Source: Gammaproteobacteria bacterium (lineage in GTDB: Bacteria; Pseudomonadota; Gammaproteobacteria; JACCXJ01). From it: a stretch of DNA of 64,000 bases. Where the stretch lies: NCBI GenBank assembly GCA_050740455.1, contig JBOIDF010000009.1, forward strand, positions 91 to 64,090, read 5' to 3'. A program made the translations under genes and the position numbers. This document shows, piece by piece, positions 1 through 10,399 of the stretch (position 1 is its first letter; each line of letters opens with the position of its first letter). Under the pieces are notes generated by a model. That model made no database searches and was not told the DNA's origin. It saw only the letters and a list, made by a program, of their open reading frames with translations.

Positions 1-2
1 CC

Positions 3-1043
3 TTATTTTTCAATAAGTTTAAAGATCCTACCTATGATCATCGTATAGAAGGCCATAGCGGAGCCGCGCTCGCGGGGCTCGGCGCGTTCCACGAGCAGAC
101 TGAAGAGCACGGGGTAGGTGTAACCATGACCGGTTCCGCAAAGGAGTCCCGCTACCAGCACGTGCACGGGCGTCTGTGCGGCCGATAGAACGGTGAAGCC
201 CAGCGCATAAAAAGACATCGCAATGCCGAGCATGCGCCGTGTCCCGAGCCGATCCGGGATCCAGCCCAAGAACACGCGCGGTGCGACGGCGATCGTGGCA
301 TAGGCGCTACAGAAAGGGCCGACGCTACCTATATTCACGGTCGATATAAATGTCTTCAGAAACGCGAAAAGCCCCTGCAGCGAGACGAAAAACGCGATCA
401 ACGCGCACCACATCGGCAGCAGATTCCACTGAGTCGCGGCCGCAAAGATACCGCGCGACGGAAGGCTGGCGTCGGCATGCGTGACCAGCACATCGCGCAG
501 CGGCAAACACATGATTAAGCCGATAACGGCAAAACCAAGCGCGCCGAAGAACAGCTCCCGGTAGTTGGCGTATGCCAGGATGACGTCGCCAAACTGCGCA
601 CCGAGCCCAATCGTGATCAACCCCGCGGTGCCGAAGATAGCCAAGCCGTGGGTGCGTCGCTGTGCAGGAACGAGGTCAGCACCATAAGTAAACAAGGCCG
701 TGTACCACATAGTGTGGGCCACACCATCGAGCAGGCGTACGAGGTACACAAACGGTCCCAGCGAGTCGATGAAGAGATAAAGCGTGATCGTGACGATAAA
801 TAGTACCCAACCGCCGAGGATCACAACGCGCCGGCCACGTGCGTCCATCCCCCGCCCTACGAGCGGTTAGGCGATCACCGCACCCAACGCCTGCACCGCC
901 ATGATACGGCCGATTTCCGCCTCCCCCGCCCCGAGCTGTTGCAGAAAACCGGGCAGGCGTACGAACAGGAAGCCCGCGAGACTGAGCATCGATGTAGCGC
1001 ACGCGGCCAGCACGAACGCGCGCGTGAACAGAGGCGGCTTCAT
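3..1043 (-). pseudogene. MFS transporter pseudogene (in-frame stop, truncated 3' end)
   Basis: ATG at 1043 reads MKPPLFTRAFVLAA...GAVIA, then an in-frame TAA (869-867), then PLVGRGMDARGRR (MFS motif A-like) continuing as ORF 848-3. The C-terminus breaks off into AT-rich sequence after ERGSAMAFYT, short of a full 12-TM MFS. Confidence 0.8.
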
Positions 1044-1395
1044 GAGTGGCCTTTGCTCTGCCCCTACTTAGCTAACGTGACCTGCTGGACCGCGGGCACG
1101 GTTGTTCTATAAGCCCTAGAAGCCACCAACACCGCCTCCCCACGATTTAAAACCCAATACTCACCCGCGGAGGTGGCGCGTTGCTATACGCCAACGGCCG
1201 AGGACATCGCGTCGTGCGATCGGTGGCCAAGGGCGATACGACGCGGCTGGGGTTTATCCCGTTGCTCAAGACCTTTCGGCCATCGAGCAGGGAGTAGCAG
1301 CGGATGATTTCATCCGTCTAGATGATGAAAAATCTGGCAGTCCCTTGGTCCTGGCTCGACGCTTTCCGTGTATCCGCCGCCTCGCCACCAAAAAT

Positions 1396-1769
1396 CTAGT
1401 TGCGCTGGTATGTCCCGACTAGTTGCACCTGGTCGAGGATATGGCCCTGCATCCCGTTTTCCAGTGCTACCGCAGTCGGTTTGCCGAGGTCGGGCAACAC
1501 CACATCGAGCGCATAGAGCTTGTGGAAGTAACGATGGCGGCCGATCGGCGGGCAGGGGCCCCCGTAGCCTGTGCGCTTCCAGTCGTTCAACCCCTCGCGT
1601 GTGCCGGACGGCAGATCGCGCGGAACGACCGCCTCCGGGAGCCCGGCGGCGGTCGGCGGGAGGTTCCGGACCAGGCCAATGGCGGTGAGATGTCCTTGCC
1701 GTCGCAGGTGTATGCTTGGGGCATGGTGCCGTTGTGGGCGAAGGCCGACGAGGTCAGTGACAGGCTCAT
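1396..1769 (-). pseudogene. YbhB/YbcL (PEBP/Raf-kinase-inhibitor-like) pseudogene with internal deletion and frameshift
   Basis: The N-terminus MSLSLTSSAFAHNG..YTCDGKDISPPLAWSG is fused out of frame to NLPPTAAGLPE...GYGGPCPPIGRHRYFHKLYALD. The family DPDAP/HW core is missing. Confidence 0.85.
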
Positions 1770-2417
1770 GGGTTTGCCTCCTTCTCAGCCGCCAGGCTGT
1801 GGGCCACCAGCCCGAGCAGGCACAGCGTGACGGTGTGAATCCGATCGCGGACCGATGCATGGAACGTCCCCCTCCTTGCCCTCGGGATTTGCCGGTTGCC
1901 ATCATAGATAGACAGTGTGCCGCAGTTCCTCAAGCCAAGGACAAAGTCGTGGCGATGGCGGAACGAGTCTTATCCGCTGGCATGCGGCACTTGCCGGCGT
2001 GGATCTCTGTAGCGAGACCAAAAATCAGATCGGCCTCGCATGGAGCCATCTGTACCGCGCTATCTGTGTTTTAGTCACTCCCGGACAATCACACGATTAA
2101 CTTCAGTAGCATTTCGCATCGTTCTGATCGCGATGGTTGAAAGCATGTGCAGACCTCTGAAAGCTCAGCTTCGGAGAGATCGTGTCACTGCGATCGCTGG
2201 CTTTTTCTGTTCCATCAGCAGCGGCGGCTACGAACAGTTGCGAATGGGTGGACCGTTAGCTCGCAACTTAAACTGTCCCTAAAACTATGCGACGGCAGCG
2301 CTATCCTGAGCTTTACGCTTATCTGGGCGACACCGTGTGGTAGACTCTAACTTACGGCTCTTCCGCTCTACGGGTTGTTGTGATTAGGTTACCATCTGGG
2401 GTTGTGAGGCCCGAGTG

Positions 2418-3014
2418 ATGGATCAAAGCAGGCGTTCACCTGCTATTATCCACCTGTCCTGGGGAAGGATGGAAATGGACGGTTATGCTCCGTTCAAGGA
2501 CGCCAAGGTTTATCCTGGTGGTGCCAGAGAGTGGGACTGGCGTGAAACAGAGACCCATCATGTACCGTTTGCGCGGCGGCCCTCGTCTGTACATTTCGGC
2601 CATCCTGTCCCCGAAATGCACTCGGTCTCGCCGCGACTAATTCCTTTCGCCGCGACCGTCCTGCGCTCAAGCACGCTACGTCGCTATCGCTCGCGCGTGC
2701 CTTCACTCAATGACTTTACGCCGTCCATCTAGAGGACGGCCATCGCGGGCTCCTCGCCTCGGCGTTCCGCCTTCCATGGCTCGTCGCCGGCATTCAACCG
2801 GCCGATGTGCAGGAATTAGTGGATAACGGTGCCGAGGTCATCGTCCTTTCAGCAGGGATCCTGAACTACCGTTCGGGTGTGTCCCGAAACACTACGGCTT
2901 CTCGAACACAAAGGGATCACGACCCATGTACTTCAGACTGAGAAGGCCGTCAGCCTTTACAACCGGTTGTGCAAAAAGGAACGGGTCGGTGGGTTGTTCC
3001 ATTCCACGTGCTGA
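2418..3014 (+). pseudogene. Mth938-like / AAMDC-family protein, interrupted by a MITE and a frameshift
   Basis: SPAIIHLSWGRME..FKDAKVYPGGAREWDWRETETHHV | 222-bp insert | GIQPADVQELVDNGAEVIVLS, then a frameshift, then VCPETLRLLEHKGITTHVLQTEKAVSLYN..VGGLFHSTC*. This matches the AAMDC family pattern end to end. Confidence 0.85.
2566..2787 (+). mobile_element. ~222-bp structured MITE-like repeat, copy 1
   Basis: Near-identical to 46093-46293 (+) and 48409-48630 (-). Internal hairpins gtacatttcgg/ccgaaatgcac and gccgtcc/ggacggc. Its removal restores ...cat gta ccc ggc att (HVPGI) in the host gene. Confidence 0.85.
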
Positions 3015-3039
3015 TTGATGCCTTTCAGTGGCAACATTC

Positions 3040-3530
3040 CAAGCCACCCTCCCCTACCTGGAAATTGTTCCTAGCCAATCATCTCGCTGATTTGGTCGCC
3101 ATCGACTTTTCCATTTTTATCTTTTTAAATGTTAATTAATCTATCCAATGTTATTTACGAGCTGGACGCGTCTGTCCGTGGCATACCTCGATGGTTCGCA
3201 GGAGTGAAACATTCACAGCTGTATATTTTACCTTCGTTCACCTATTGGGGTTCGTTCCATGACACCAAAAATACATTCAAAGTAACAAGCATTTCGCGGC
3301 GTGGACGCTCTCGCTTCGGTGACCCTGCCGTCGTCAGGTACCTGAGTCTCCCGACCCTGCGGCGTGTCCATCTCTAGACCGAGGTGAGTGCGCCACCGAT
3401 GGTAATACTCGAAGTACCTCGTGAGGATCCGTTTCAGGTGGCCCTCGTTGAAAACGATGATGCGGTCCAGGCAATCGCGGCGGATACTGCCAATGATCCT
3501 TTCCACGTACGGATTTTTCCAGGGGATCAA
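3040..3530. mobile_element. Fragments of an integrase-core (rve, IS481/IS3-like) transposase on both strands
   Basis: + strand KPPSPTWKLFLANHLADLVAIDF (about 3040-3113); - strand PWKNPYVERIIGSIRRDCLDRIIVFNEGHLKRILTRYFEYYHRWRTHLGL (3530 to about 3310). Confidence 0.75.
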
Positions 3531-3842
3531 TGTCAGCGGCGGAGCGAAAATCGGAGAGGATATGACTCCCTTATCTGGTCTTGGCGACTAACTGCGCGAC
3601 ACGCAAGACTGCAATCAGCATGGAATTGTTCCTAGAATCTGTGACTTGCGACGCACACCCCCGGGGGCAGGTCACTCGCAAATCATCGTGCACGCGGTTG
3701 CTTCCGCTCGCGAAACCGGCTATACACTTGGTTCCGGCGCAAACTCCTGGGGGCTTTCGCACAGGTTGGCAGAGGGGGTGATGCCTTTACCGGATGGCGG
3801 TGGGCCTTTTGTTCCGTCCGAACAACAACGAGGATCCTAACC

Positions 3843-4412
3843 ATGTCATTACAAGAAACCATTTCGAATCAACTGAAGGTCATCGCAGACAAGGCCGATC
3901 TGTTTCCCGATCTCAATGATGCACTGGTCCTGGGAGGCATGGTCGTACTATCGTTAATCGGCCTCTTCATCACAACCGTGTGGCTACAGGGTAGCCATCT
4001 ATACTGGACCATCATCGTGCCTGTATTCGCGATAATTAGTCTCGTCACTCAGTGGCCGCGGCTCCGCGGAGAAGAGACGAAATGGATTCAGTTGTTGCGG
4101 GCGCAGTTGTTCCACTGGATCGGTTTGCTCGCCGCGATACAGCTTGCTTATATGATGGTGCGCATGGGTCGATTGAGCTATGAAGCCACCGGTTTCGTGG
4201 TGCTGCTGTTGGTGACCTTTACCGTTTTTCTACAAGGCGTCTATGTCGACTGGCGGTTTTATCTAGTTGGACTGTTTCTCGCCGTGTGTCTGGTCCTGGC
4301 AATGTACATCACCGCTTATCTGTGGATAATCTTGTTGCTGGCCGTTGTGTTTGTGTTTGTCGGGATGAAATTCGTCAAGTATTACGGAAGTCGCGGAAAA
4401 CCCGCGGCGTAG
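3843..4412 (+). CDS. Hypothetical integral membrane protein (about 5-6 TM)
   Basis: 189-aa ORF with several long hydrophobic segments and a GAGGA upstream of the ATG; no family recognised. Confidence 0.7.
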   Translation: MSLQETISNQLKVIADKADLFPDLNDALVLGGMVVLSLIGLFITTVWLQGSHLYWTIIVPVFAIISLVTQWPRLRGEETKWIQLLRAQLFHWIGLLAAIQLAYMMVRMGRLSYEATGFVVLLLVTFTVFLQGVYVDWRFYLVGLFLAVCLVLAMYITAYLWIILLLAVVFVFVGMKFVKYYGSRGKPAA

Positions 4413-4623
4413 AACTGCCATGTCGATGGTTCTGTTGCGAGGGATCTTGGTCAAGACGCGCAACGAATCGCGGCACACAAAACCAGCTCGATGACAGACC
4501 GATACGTAAAGACAAGAAGTGTGAAGCGCGTACAGCCTCTACGGCCCCAATCTCGGAAGAATATTCCGCAATCAGGCTAGATTCCTTGTTTAAACAGGGT
4601 TTGTGGTTGTTGAGTCAAGTTTA

Positions 4624-4860
4624 TCATGCGGCCAGTTTCATCTCGTCGCACCAAGTGTCGACCGCTCGTTGTGCCGCCTGGAAGGTACGCTGCAGAGAAG
4701 CGCGCGGCGCCACCGCCGTTGTGTTGATCAGTGCGAGTCCCGGGCGGAGGATACGTGCATACACGCGGGTATAGAACAGCGAATCGGTAGCAAAGCCATA
4801 CGGCATAGCTGATGACTTCCGGCGGGTAGCGGTAACCGCGATACCTAACCCGGCATAAAC
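4624..4860 (-). mobile_element. IS6-family transposase fragment
   Basis: RYRGYRYPPEVISYAVWLCYRF resembles the IS6 N-terminus; degenerate and frameshifted. Confidence 0.7.
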
Positions 4861-4937
4861 CCGGCATAGCCGGAACCAAAGTGTTGAATGTACTATTTCT
4901 GGCGAATAGGCAATGAGAACCGAGACGAGTCATCGCC

Positions 4938-5896
4938 ATGAATCCCTTTATCGAACGCCATCAAGAGAAGATCAGCGCGGTACTCGCTTGTTTTGACCGC
5001 ATCGTGATTACCGGCATGCTGCCTGCGATTGGTCATGCCGAAGCCATGGCCGGTATCTGAGCGGACGCGGTATTCGTCTCTTTGACTATCCCCGCTGGGC
5101 AGAGCCGCTGCGAGAGGAGCTTCGGGCCCATGCCGAGCGGCTGGCCGCTGAGGCTTCTTTGGAAATCGAGTTCATCCGCAATTACAGGGCGTTTCGCAAA
5201 GAAGAGCGGATCAAGGCGATTTTGGCTTCGCGCGCTTGGGACGCAAGCTCACCGGTTGGTAATGACTTTCACACCCGTATTTCGGGTACACGCATCCGCC
5301 ACCATATGGGGCCAGCGAGCCTCAAGCTCTACGATAAATTGGGCCTCATGGCACGGGTGAAATGCACCGCCAACGATGTTTCTTTCTTCAAACACCACCG
5401 TTTTGTGGAACACCGCGATGGGCGCAAGCAATTCAAACTCGCACCCCTTCGCAAAACTATCTATAGCCTCCCCGATCTTAGGCAACTGATGCAAGCCGCC
5501 ACTGAGCGCTATCTCCGCTTCATGACCAGCATCGATAACCCCGATGCGGGTCTGCACGCCATCGACCAAATGGCCAAACCCGCCCGAGAGAAGGACCGCT
5601 CCTATCGGGGCTTCAATCTCTTCCTCGGCGAAGACCGCGGTCTTTTTATCACCCTCGCACGCGGGGAGTGGGCCATCAGCGGCTTTCGCGCCTCTGATCT
5701 CCGAACCCATCTCCGGGATCTCTCCACCGGCCGTGCCTCGTACCGGCTGAAACGTTTGCGCACCCACGGACTCATCAAAAAGATCGGACATCGCTACAAG
5801 TATTACCTCACTACCTTCGGTCGTCGTGTGCTCACCACCGCACTCGCCATCCGAGAATACGTCGTCATGCCTGCTCTCACTAGCGCTACCGCATGA
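4938..5896 (+). mobile_element. Deleted copy of a putative transposase family (often auto-annotated as MarR-family regulator)
   Basis: MNPFIERHQEKISAVLACFDRIVITG, a stop/frameshift, LFDYPRWAEPLREE..EIEFIR..RKEERI, an internal deletion, then TRISGTRIRHHMGPASLKLYDK..NDVSFFKHHRFVEHRDG..APLRKTIYSL..LKRLRTHGLIKKIGHRYKYYLT (C-terminal winged-helix-like). Confidence 0.65.
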
Positions 5897-5973
5897 CACT
5901 CTTTGCTTTTTTGCACAAGATTCATGGATAAGAGACTAACCGGCAAACACATTGACCGGCCTCAGTATGAGAC

Positions 5974-6909
5974 CTACACCCATGGAGGATGCAGTGCGAG
6001 ATCCCGAGCGCAGCAGGTTTTTTCACAAGCTTCCGAGCTGGCCTCGATGGACCGGCGCGCGGAGGCGGCGCCTAGGGCCATGAGGTCGCGGGCGTGCTCC
6101 GGCCACGGCTTGGGGGGCCAGAAAGTGATCGGGACGCCTATCCGCGGGCGCGGGGTGATGGTCTCGACGGCGACGACTGTCTTGCCGGCGCGCCGGGCGA
6201 GCTCGATCTTCCAGTGGAGCAACTCATCCGCAGTGAGCTGGTGGCCGGCCAGCATGGCGCCGGCAAAGCTGAAGCGGTCGCTCCGCTCTCGGGCGCGTAC
6301 CTGGATGTGGTGGAGGATGCTGTGCACGACGATATAGGTCACGTCCGGGTCATCGATCCATTGCTCGACCGGCGCCGAGCAGCCGAGGCCACCGTCCCAC
6401 AAGGTCTCGCCCTCCACGCGGCGCGGGGCGATGAGGCCGGGAAGCGCGCAGCTCGCGAGCATCGTGTCGGCGAGCGGGCCGTGATCGCGCACCTCGACGC
6501 GGCTGGTACGCAGATTGGTGACCGCAAGATGGAGCCGCGCGGTCGTGCAGTCTTCGATACGGCGCTCGCCGACCAGCTCGTGGAGCAGACGGCGCAGGTG
6601 CCGCCCTTCGAGCACCGCTGGCACGCCGCGCCAACCGAGCAGGGTGCCGAGGGCACGCAAAGGCATCCGCCATTCACGAAAGTGGGCGCACATATCCGGG
6701 CGCGTGAACGCGGCCTCCAACCGTTCGGTGGGGAGACCCGCCGCGTAGAGCCCGGCGACGATCGCGCCGGCGGACGAGCCTGCCACCGCGACCGGCCGGC
6801 GGCCGGCGGCGAGCAGCTCGCGCAGAAACCCGAAGTGGGTGGCGAAACCGAGAAAGGACGAGCCGAACGTAACCGCAAGGCGCGGAGGGGTGGATGTGAG
6901 ATCAGGCAT
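5974..6909 (-). CDS. Patatin-like phospholipase
   Basis: GSSFLGFATHFG glycine loop, AGSSAG nucleophile motif and WDGG motif. The C-terminal EACEKTCCARD is read from a MITE end. Confidence 0.85.
   Translation of the reverse strand: MPDLTSTPPRLAVTFGSSFLGFATHFGFLRELLAAGRRPVAVAGSSAGAIVAGLYAAGLPTERLEAAFTRPDMCAHFREWRMPLRALGTLLGWRGVPAVLEGRHLRRLLHELVGERRIEDCTTARLHLAVTNLRTSRVEVRDHGPLADTMLASCALPGLIAPRRVEGETLWDGGLGCSAPVEQWIDDPDVTYIVVHSILHHIQVRARERSDRFSFAGAMLAGHQLTADELLHWKIELARRAGKTVVAVETITPRPRIGVPITFWPPKPWPEHARDLMALGAASARRSIEASSEACEKTCCARDLALHPPWV
6001..6031 (-). repeat. End of the AGCTTGTGAAAAAA MITE family (copy A)
   Basis: Reverse complement matches 10401-10431 at 30 of 31 bp and shares the terminal inverted repeat of the full element at 52266-52407. 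Confidence 0.75.
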
Positions 6910-7876
6910 CGGCAGGCTTTTTATGTACCGGCGCGCGTAACCAGAAAAACACCCCGGCGCCGGGCAAGGACCAGGTCGCACCGACGAAGAATCCAGTAAG
7001 GGAAACCAACACGGCCGTCGCCGGAGCCACGGCGCAGAGGGGCACGAGCAAGGCTTGGAATACGGCCTCGCGCAAGCCGAGGCCGGAGAGTGTGACCGGC
7101 AGCATGGTGATCACATCGATCACCGGCATGAGGCTGAGCGCGTCGGCGAGCGCCCAGGCCATGCCCTGCGCGCGCGCGGCAAAATAGTAGAGCCCGACGT
7201 TGCCGGCGTGGCAGACCCCGGCGAGGAGCAGCACGGCGAGGGCCTGCCTGCGGCCGGCGAAGAAAAGATCGAAGACGCCCGCGAGCTCCGAAATTCGCCT
7301 GCCGAACGGAAACCGGCGCGGATGCCGGAGCGGCCACCCCGGATGGTTGATGAGATACCAAGCCGCCATCGCGAGCCCCGCTGTGCCGAGGAAAAAGAGC
7401 ACCGTGTGGAAGAGCGCGGCGGTCGCGGGTGCGCGCTGAAACCACTCGGCACGCAGCGCGGCGACCACGGTGGTCCAGATCATCACGATAAAAAGGCCGG
7501 AGAGCCGCTCCATGAGCATGGCGAGCACGGCGGCGATCTTCCGCTCCGGGTGCCAGAACATGACGGCCGCGATCTTTGCCGCATCGCCTCCCGCCGTGCC
7601 GGGAAGAAAGAGTGAGATGAACAACCCGAGAAAATGCAACCCCGCCGCGTGGGGGAAACCGAGTGGCACGCCGGCGATGCGCAGGCACAGCCACCAGCGC
7701 AGCGCGCCGGCCAGCTCATTCATCCCGCCCGCGAGCCACGCAGGCAGGAGCCAACGGGGCGCGGGCGGCGTGGGCATTGCGGCGAGCTGGGCGCGAATTG
7801 CGGGGTCACGCGCGATCCACCAGAGAAGCGCGACGGTAATGAGCACGCGCAGGAGGGTCCAAAGAAAACGTTTCAC
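6902..7876 (-). CDS. Lysylphosphatidylglycerol synthase TM-domain / flippase-like (UPF0104) protein
   Basis: LRWWLCL..FLGLFISLFLPGTAGGDAAK..LMERLSGL..LPVTLSGLGLREAVF motifs; polytopic membrane protein. Confidence 0.85.
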   Translation of the reverse strand: MKRFLWTLLRVLITVALLWWIARDPAIRAQLAAMPTPPAPRWLLPAWLAGGMNELAGALRWWLCLRIAGVPLGFPHAAGLHFLGLFISLFLPGTAGGDAAKIAAVMFWHPERKIAAVLAMLMERLSGLFIVMIWTTVVAALRAEWFQRAPATAALFHTVLFFLGTAGLAMAAWYLINHPGWPLRHPRRFPFGRRISELAGVFDLFFAGRRQALAVLLLAGVCHAGNVGLYYFAARAQGMAWALADALSLMPVIDVITMLPVTLSGLGLREAVFQALLVPLCAVAPATAVLVSLTGFFVGATWSLPGAGVFFWLRAPVHKKPADA

Positions 7877-7973
7877 GCGCCCGGCACGTGCCTACGCAAT
7901 GGTCGGCCACAGCCCATTCGCAGCCGCGTGCATGCTATGCTGGGAGGGCCGGCTGCGTTCACAGCAGGTCCGG

Positions 7974-8705
7974 CTATGGAGAATGATATGCGTACGGGCC
8001 GAGCCTAGCGACAAGCAACACGTTCGCAAAGGGTGTACCTTGACTCATCGGCACCGGCTCGACCGTGAAGCCGAGCCGGCAGAGCGACGTTTGCCAGTCT
8101 TGCAGGGAGCGGCAATAAAGCCTGGAAAGCCGATGGCCGCGGATGAAACTCACAAGGTGATCGGCCCAGTGGGAGATCCTGAACGGCAGGCCGCCGGCGG
8201 CGTCCCCCACCCGTATCAGCAGCACGCCCACGGGCATCAGGGCCTCCCGCACCCGCCGTAACACGTCGTCTTGTGCGGAGTAGTCGATGTAATGCAGTAC
8301 ATCGAAGATGACGATCGCATCGGACTTGCCGAAGTCCGCGGTGCGCATGTCGGCGAGGACGAACTCCGCCCGCTCGCCGAGCGCCCGGCTGGCCCGCCGC
8401 ACGTCGCGCGGCATCAACTCGACCCCCCGATAGGCCAAGGGTTTTGGGGCCGGCGGCCAGCGTGCCGGCCACTGGCCCGCCTCAAACAGGGCGCGCGCCG
8501 CAAGCAGCCATGAAGCCAGCAAGCCCTGGCCGCAGCCGAGGTCGAGAATCCGTGCGTGGTCCGGGATCAGACCCAGCTCCAGCAGGCCGAGAAATACCGG
8601 GTCGCGACCGAGCTTGCCGCGGGCAAAGTACCAGGCGAAACGGCCGGCAGATCGGTAGGGACCGGCGGCGGTATCAAGCAATGCCCGCCTGAATGCAGTG
8701 CTCAT
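7974..8705 (-). CDS. Class I SAM-dependent methyltransferase
   Basis: ILDLGCGQGLL motif I, GVEL, DAIVIFDVLHY. Confidence 0.9.
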   Translation of the reverse strand: MSTAFRRALLDTAAGPYRSAGRFAWYFARGKLGRDPVFLGLLELGLIPDHARILDLGCGQGLLASWLLAARALFEAGQWPARWPPAPKPLAYRGVELMPRDVRRASRALGERAEFVLADMRTADFGKSDAIVIFDVLHYIDYSAQDDVLRRVREALMPVGVLLIRVGDAAGGLPFRISHWADHLVSFIRGHRLSRLYCRSLQDWQTSLCRLGFTVEPVPMSQGTPFANVLLVARLGPYAYHSP

Positions 8706-9517
8706 GTAATCACCGAACGAAGGGTGACCGGACGAAGCTTGGCAGCGTTGATGGCGTCGAGCAACCGTGGCAAGACATCGAGAACAACCGCATCGCCGCC
8801 GGTGGTGCGGGCTGCATTGCCGTCATGGAGGAGCAAGATGTCGCCCCCGTTCAGTCCGCGCAGCAGTCTCGCGGAAACCGATTCCGCATTGCCGTCGCGG
8901 GTGTCGAAGCCGCGGCGGGTCCAGCTCACCAGGCGCAGGCCGAGGCGCCAGAGCGCCGGATCGAGCAAGGGGTTGCGCAAGCCTGCGGGGGCACGGAAGA
9001 ACCAGGGGCGCATCTCGGTGATCGCGGCCAATGTGTCCTGGGCGGCTTCGATCTCTCGGACGAAGCCGCGGAGTCCAAGCAGTGCGAAGTCGCGCCGGTG
9101 ACGCAGGCTATGGTTTTCCACTGCGTGGCCGCGCTGGACGATTTCTCTGCTCAGATCGGGGTGGCGCATCGCCCGCTCGCCGATGCAGAAGAAGGTGGCT
9201 TTCACGCCGTGCCGGTCGAGGAGATCCAGGACTTCGGGTGTAACCGCTGGGTCGGGGCCGTCGTCGATGGTAATGGATATCTCACCCCGCGCTGCGGCTT
9301 CGGGCGGTAGTCGCTTCCAGTTCGGTCCCAGTAGACTACACCGCGGCCACAGCCCGGCGATGGTCAGCATCGCCTGGTCGGTGACGACGGCGCCGGCGGT
9401 CCACGGCCAGGCTTCTGGGCGGAGGATCGTCGCCACCACCGCGCCGGCGTGCAGAAGCGCGGACGCCTTGATCAGGGGAGCCGGACGCCAGCGGCGGTCG
9501 TCGGGTAAAGTCGTCAT
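8702..9517 (-). CDS. Polysaccharide deacetylase (CE4/NodB)
   Basis: ITIDDGP, ATFFCIG, ENHSLRH, FRAPAG, LLLHDG motifs. Confidence 0.92.
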   Translation of the reverse strand: MTTLPDDRRWRPAPLIKASALLHAGAVVATILRPEAWPWTAGAVVTDQAMLTIAGLWPRCSLLGPNWKRLPPEAAARGEISITIDDGPDPAVTPEVLDLLDRHGVKATFFCIGERAMRHPDLSREIVQRGHAVENHSLRHRRDFALLGLRGFVREIEAAQDTLAAITEMRPWFFRAPAGLRNPLLDPALWRLGLRLVSWTRRGFDTRDGNAESVSARLLRGLNGGDILLLHDGNAARTTGGDAVVLDVLPRLLDAINAAKLRPVTLRSVIT

Positions 9518-9616
9518 GAGTAAGGATGATTTGGATCGCCTGGGCCAAGATCCTCTAGTCAGTTCATACGAATGGCCTTACCCTATAAAAATGCCGGTGA
9601 ACACGGTCCTCGCGAT

Positions 9617-10399
9617 ATGAACGGCGTCGTTACCGTCATTCCTGCCTACAATGAAGCGCGGACTCTGCGCGCCGTCGTCGTGGGGGTCTTGCGCCATTGC
9701 CCCCAGGTCATTGTCGTTGACGACGGCTCCACGGACGGCACCGCCGCCAGCGTCGCCGATCTACCGATCACCCTGGTACGCAATCCGCGCAACCTCGGTA
9801 AGGCCGCGAGCCTCTGGTCCGGCATGCGGGCGGCGCTCCGTCACGGGGCCTCGGCGGTGATTACCCTGGACGCCGACGGCCAGCACCGGCCGGAAGATAT
9901 TCCGCGATTCCTGGCCCTGGCGCAAGCCCACCCGCGGGAGATCATCACCGGCTCGCGCCTCGCGGAGAAGGCCGCCTTTCCCCGTAAGCGCTATATCGCC
10001 AACAAGATCGCCAATTTCTGGATCTCGTGGGCCGCCGGTTACGCCGTCGACGACAGTCAATGCGGTTTCCGCCTGTACCCTGCCGGTCTTCTGCGGCGCT
10101 TGGATCTTCGATCCGAAGGCTTTGTGTTGGAAAGCGAGATCTTGATCCAGGGGGCCCAGCGGGGGTGTCTAAGCTTGTTCTTGCCGATTCCGGCCCTCTA
10201 CGCGGGCAATGGCCGTCCCAGTCATTTCCGCGCGGTCAAGGACATCGCGCTCATTACCCGGATGGTGGCCCGCAGCTTACTTTCCCGCTGGCTCTATCTA
10301 CCGGGATTATACCGGGGCGTGATCCGGCCGCAAGCGTGGCAGCGCAAACGCATGGGCGCGAACGCCGTCCCTGGCACCCGGCTCTTGCGTGACGCGTGA
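9617..10399 (+). CDS. Glycosyltransferase family 2
   Basis: VIPAYNE, VVDDGSTD, NLGKAA, TLDADGQH, DSQCGFR motifs. Confidence 0.92.
   Translation: MNGVVTVIPAYNEARTLRAVVVGVLRHCPQVIVVDDGSTDGTAASVADLPITLVRNPRNLGKAASLWSGMRAALRHGASAVITLDADGQHRPEDIPRFLALAQAHPREIITGSRLAEKAAFPRKRYIANKIANFWISWAAGYAVDDSQCGFRLYPAGLLRRLDLRSEGFVLESEILIQGAQRGCLSLFLPIPALYAGNGRPSHFRAVKDIALITRMVARSLLSRWLYLPGLYRGVIRPQAWQRKRMGANAVPGTRLLRDA

Noticed and set aside
867-869. In-frame stop in the MFS gene as programmed recoding
   Set aside because: It is TAA (not TGA/TAG) with no SECIS-like context, and the gene is also truncated at its 3' end, so simple decay is more likely.
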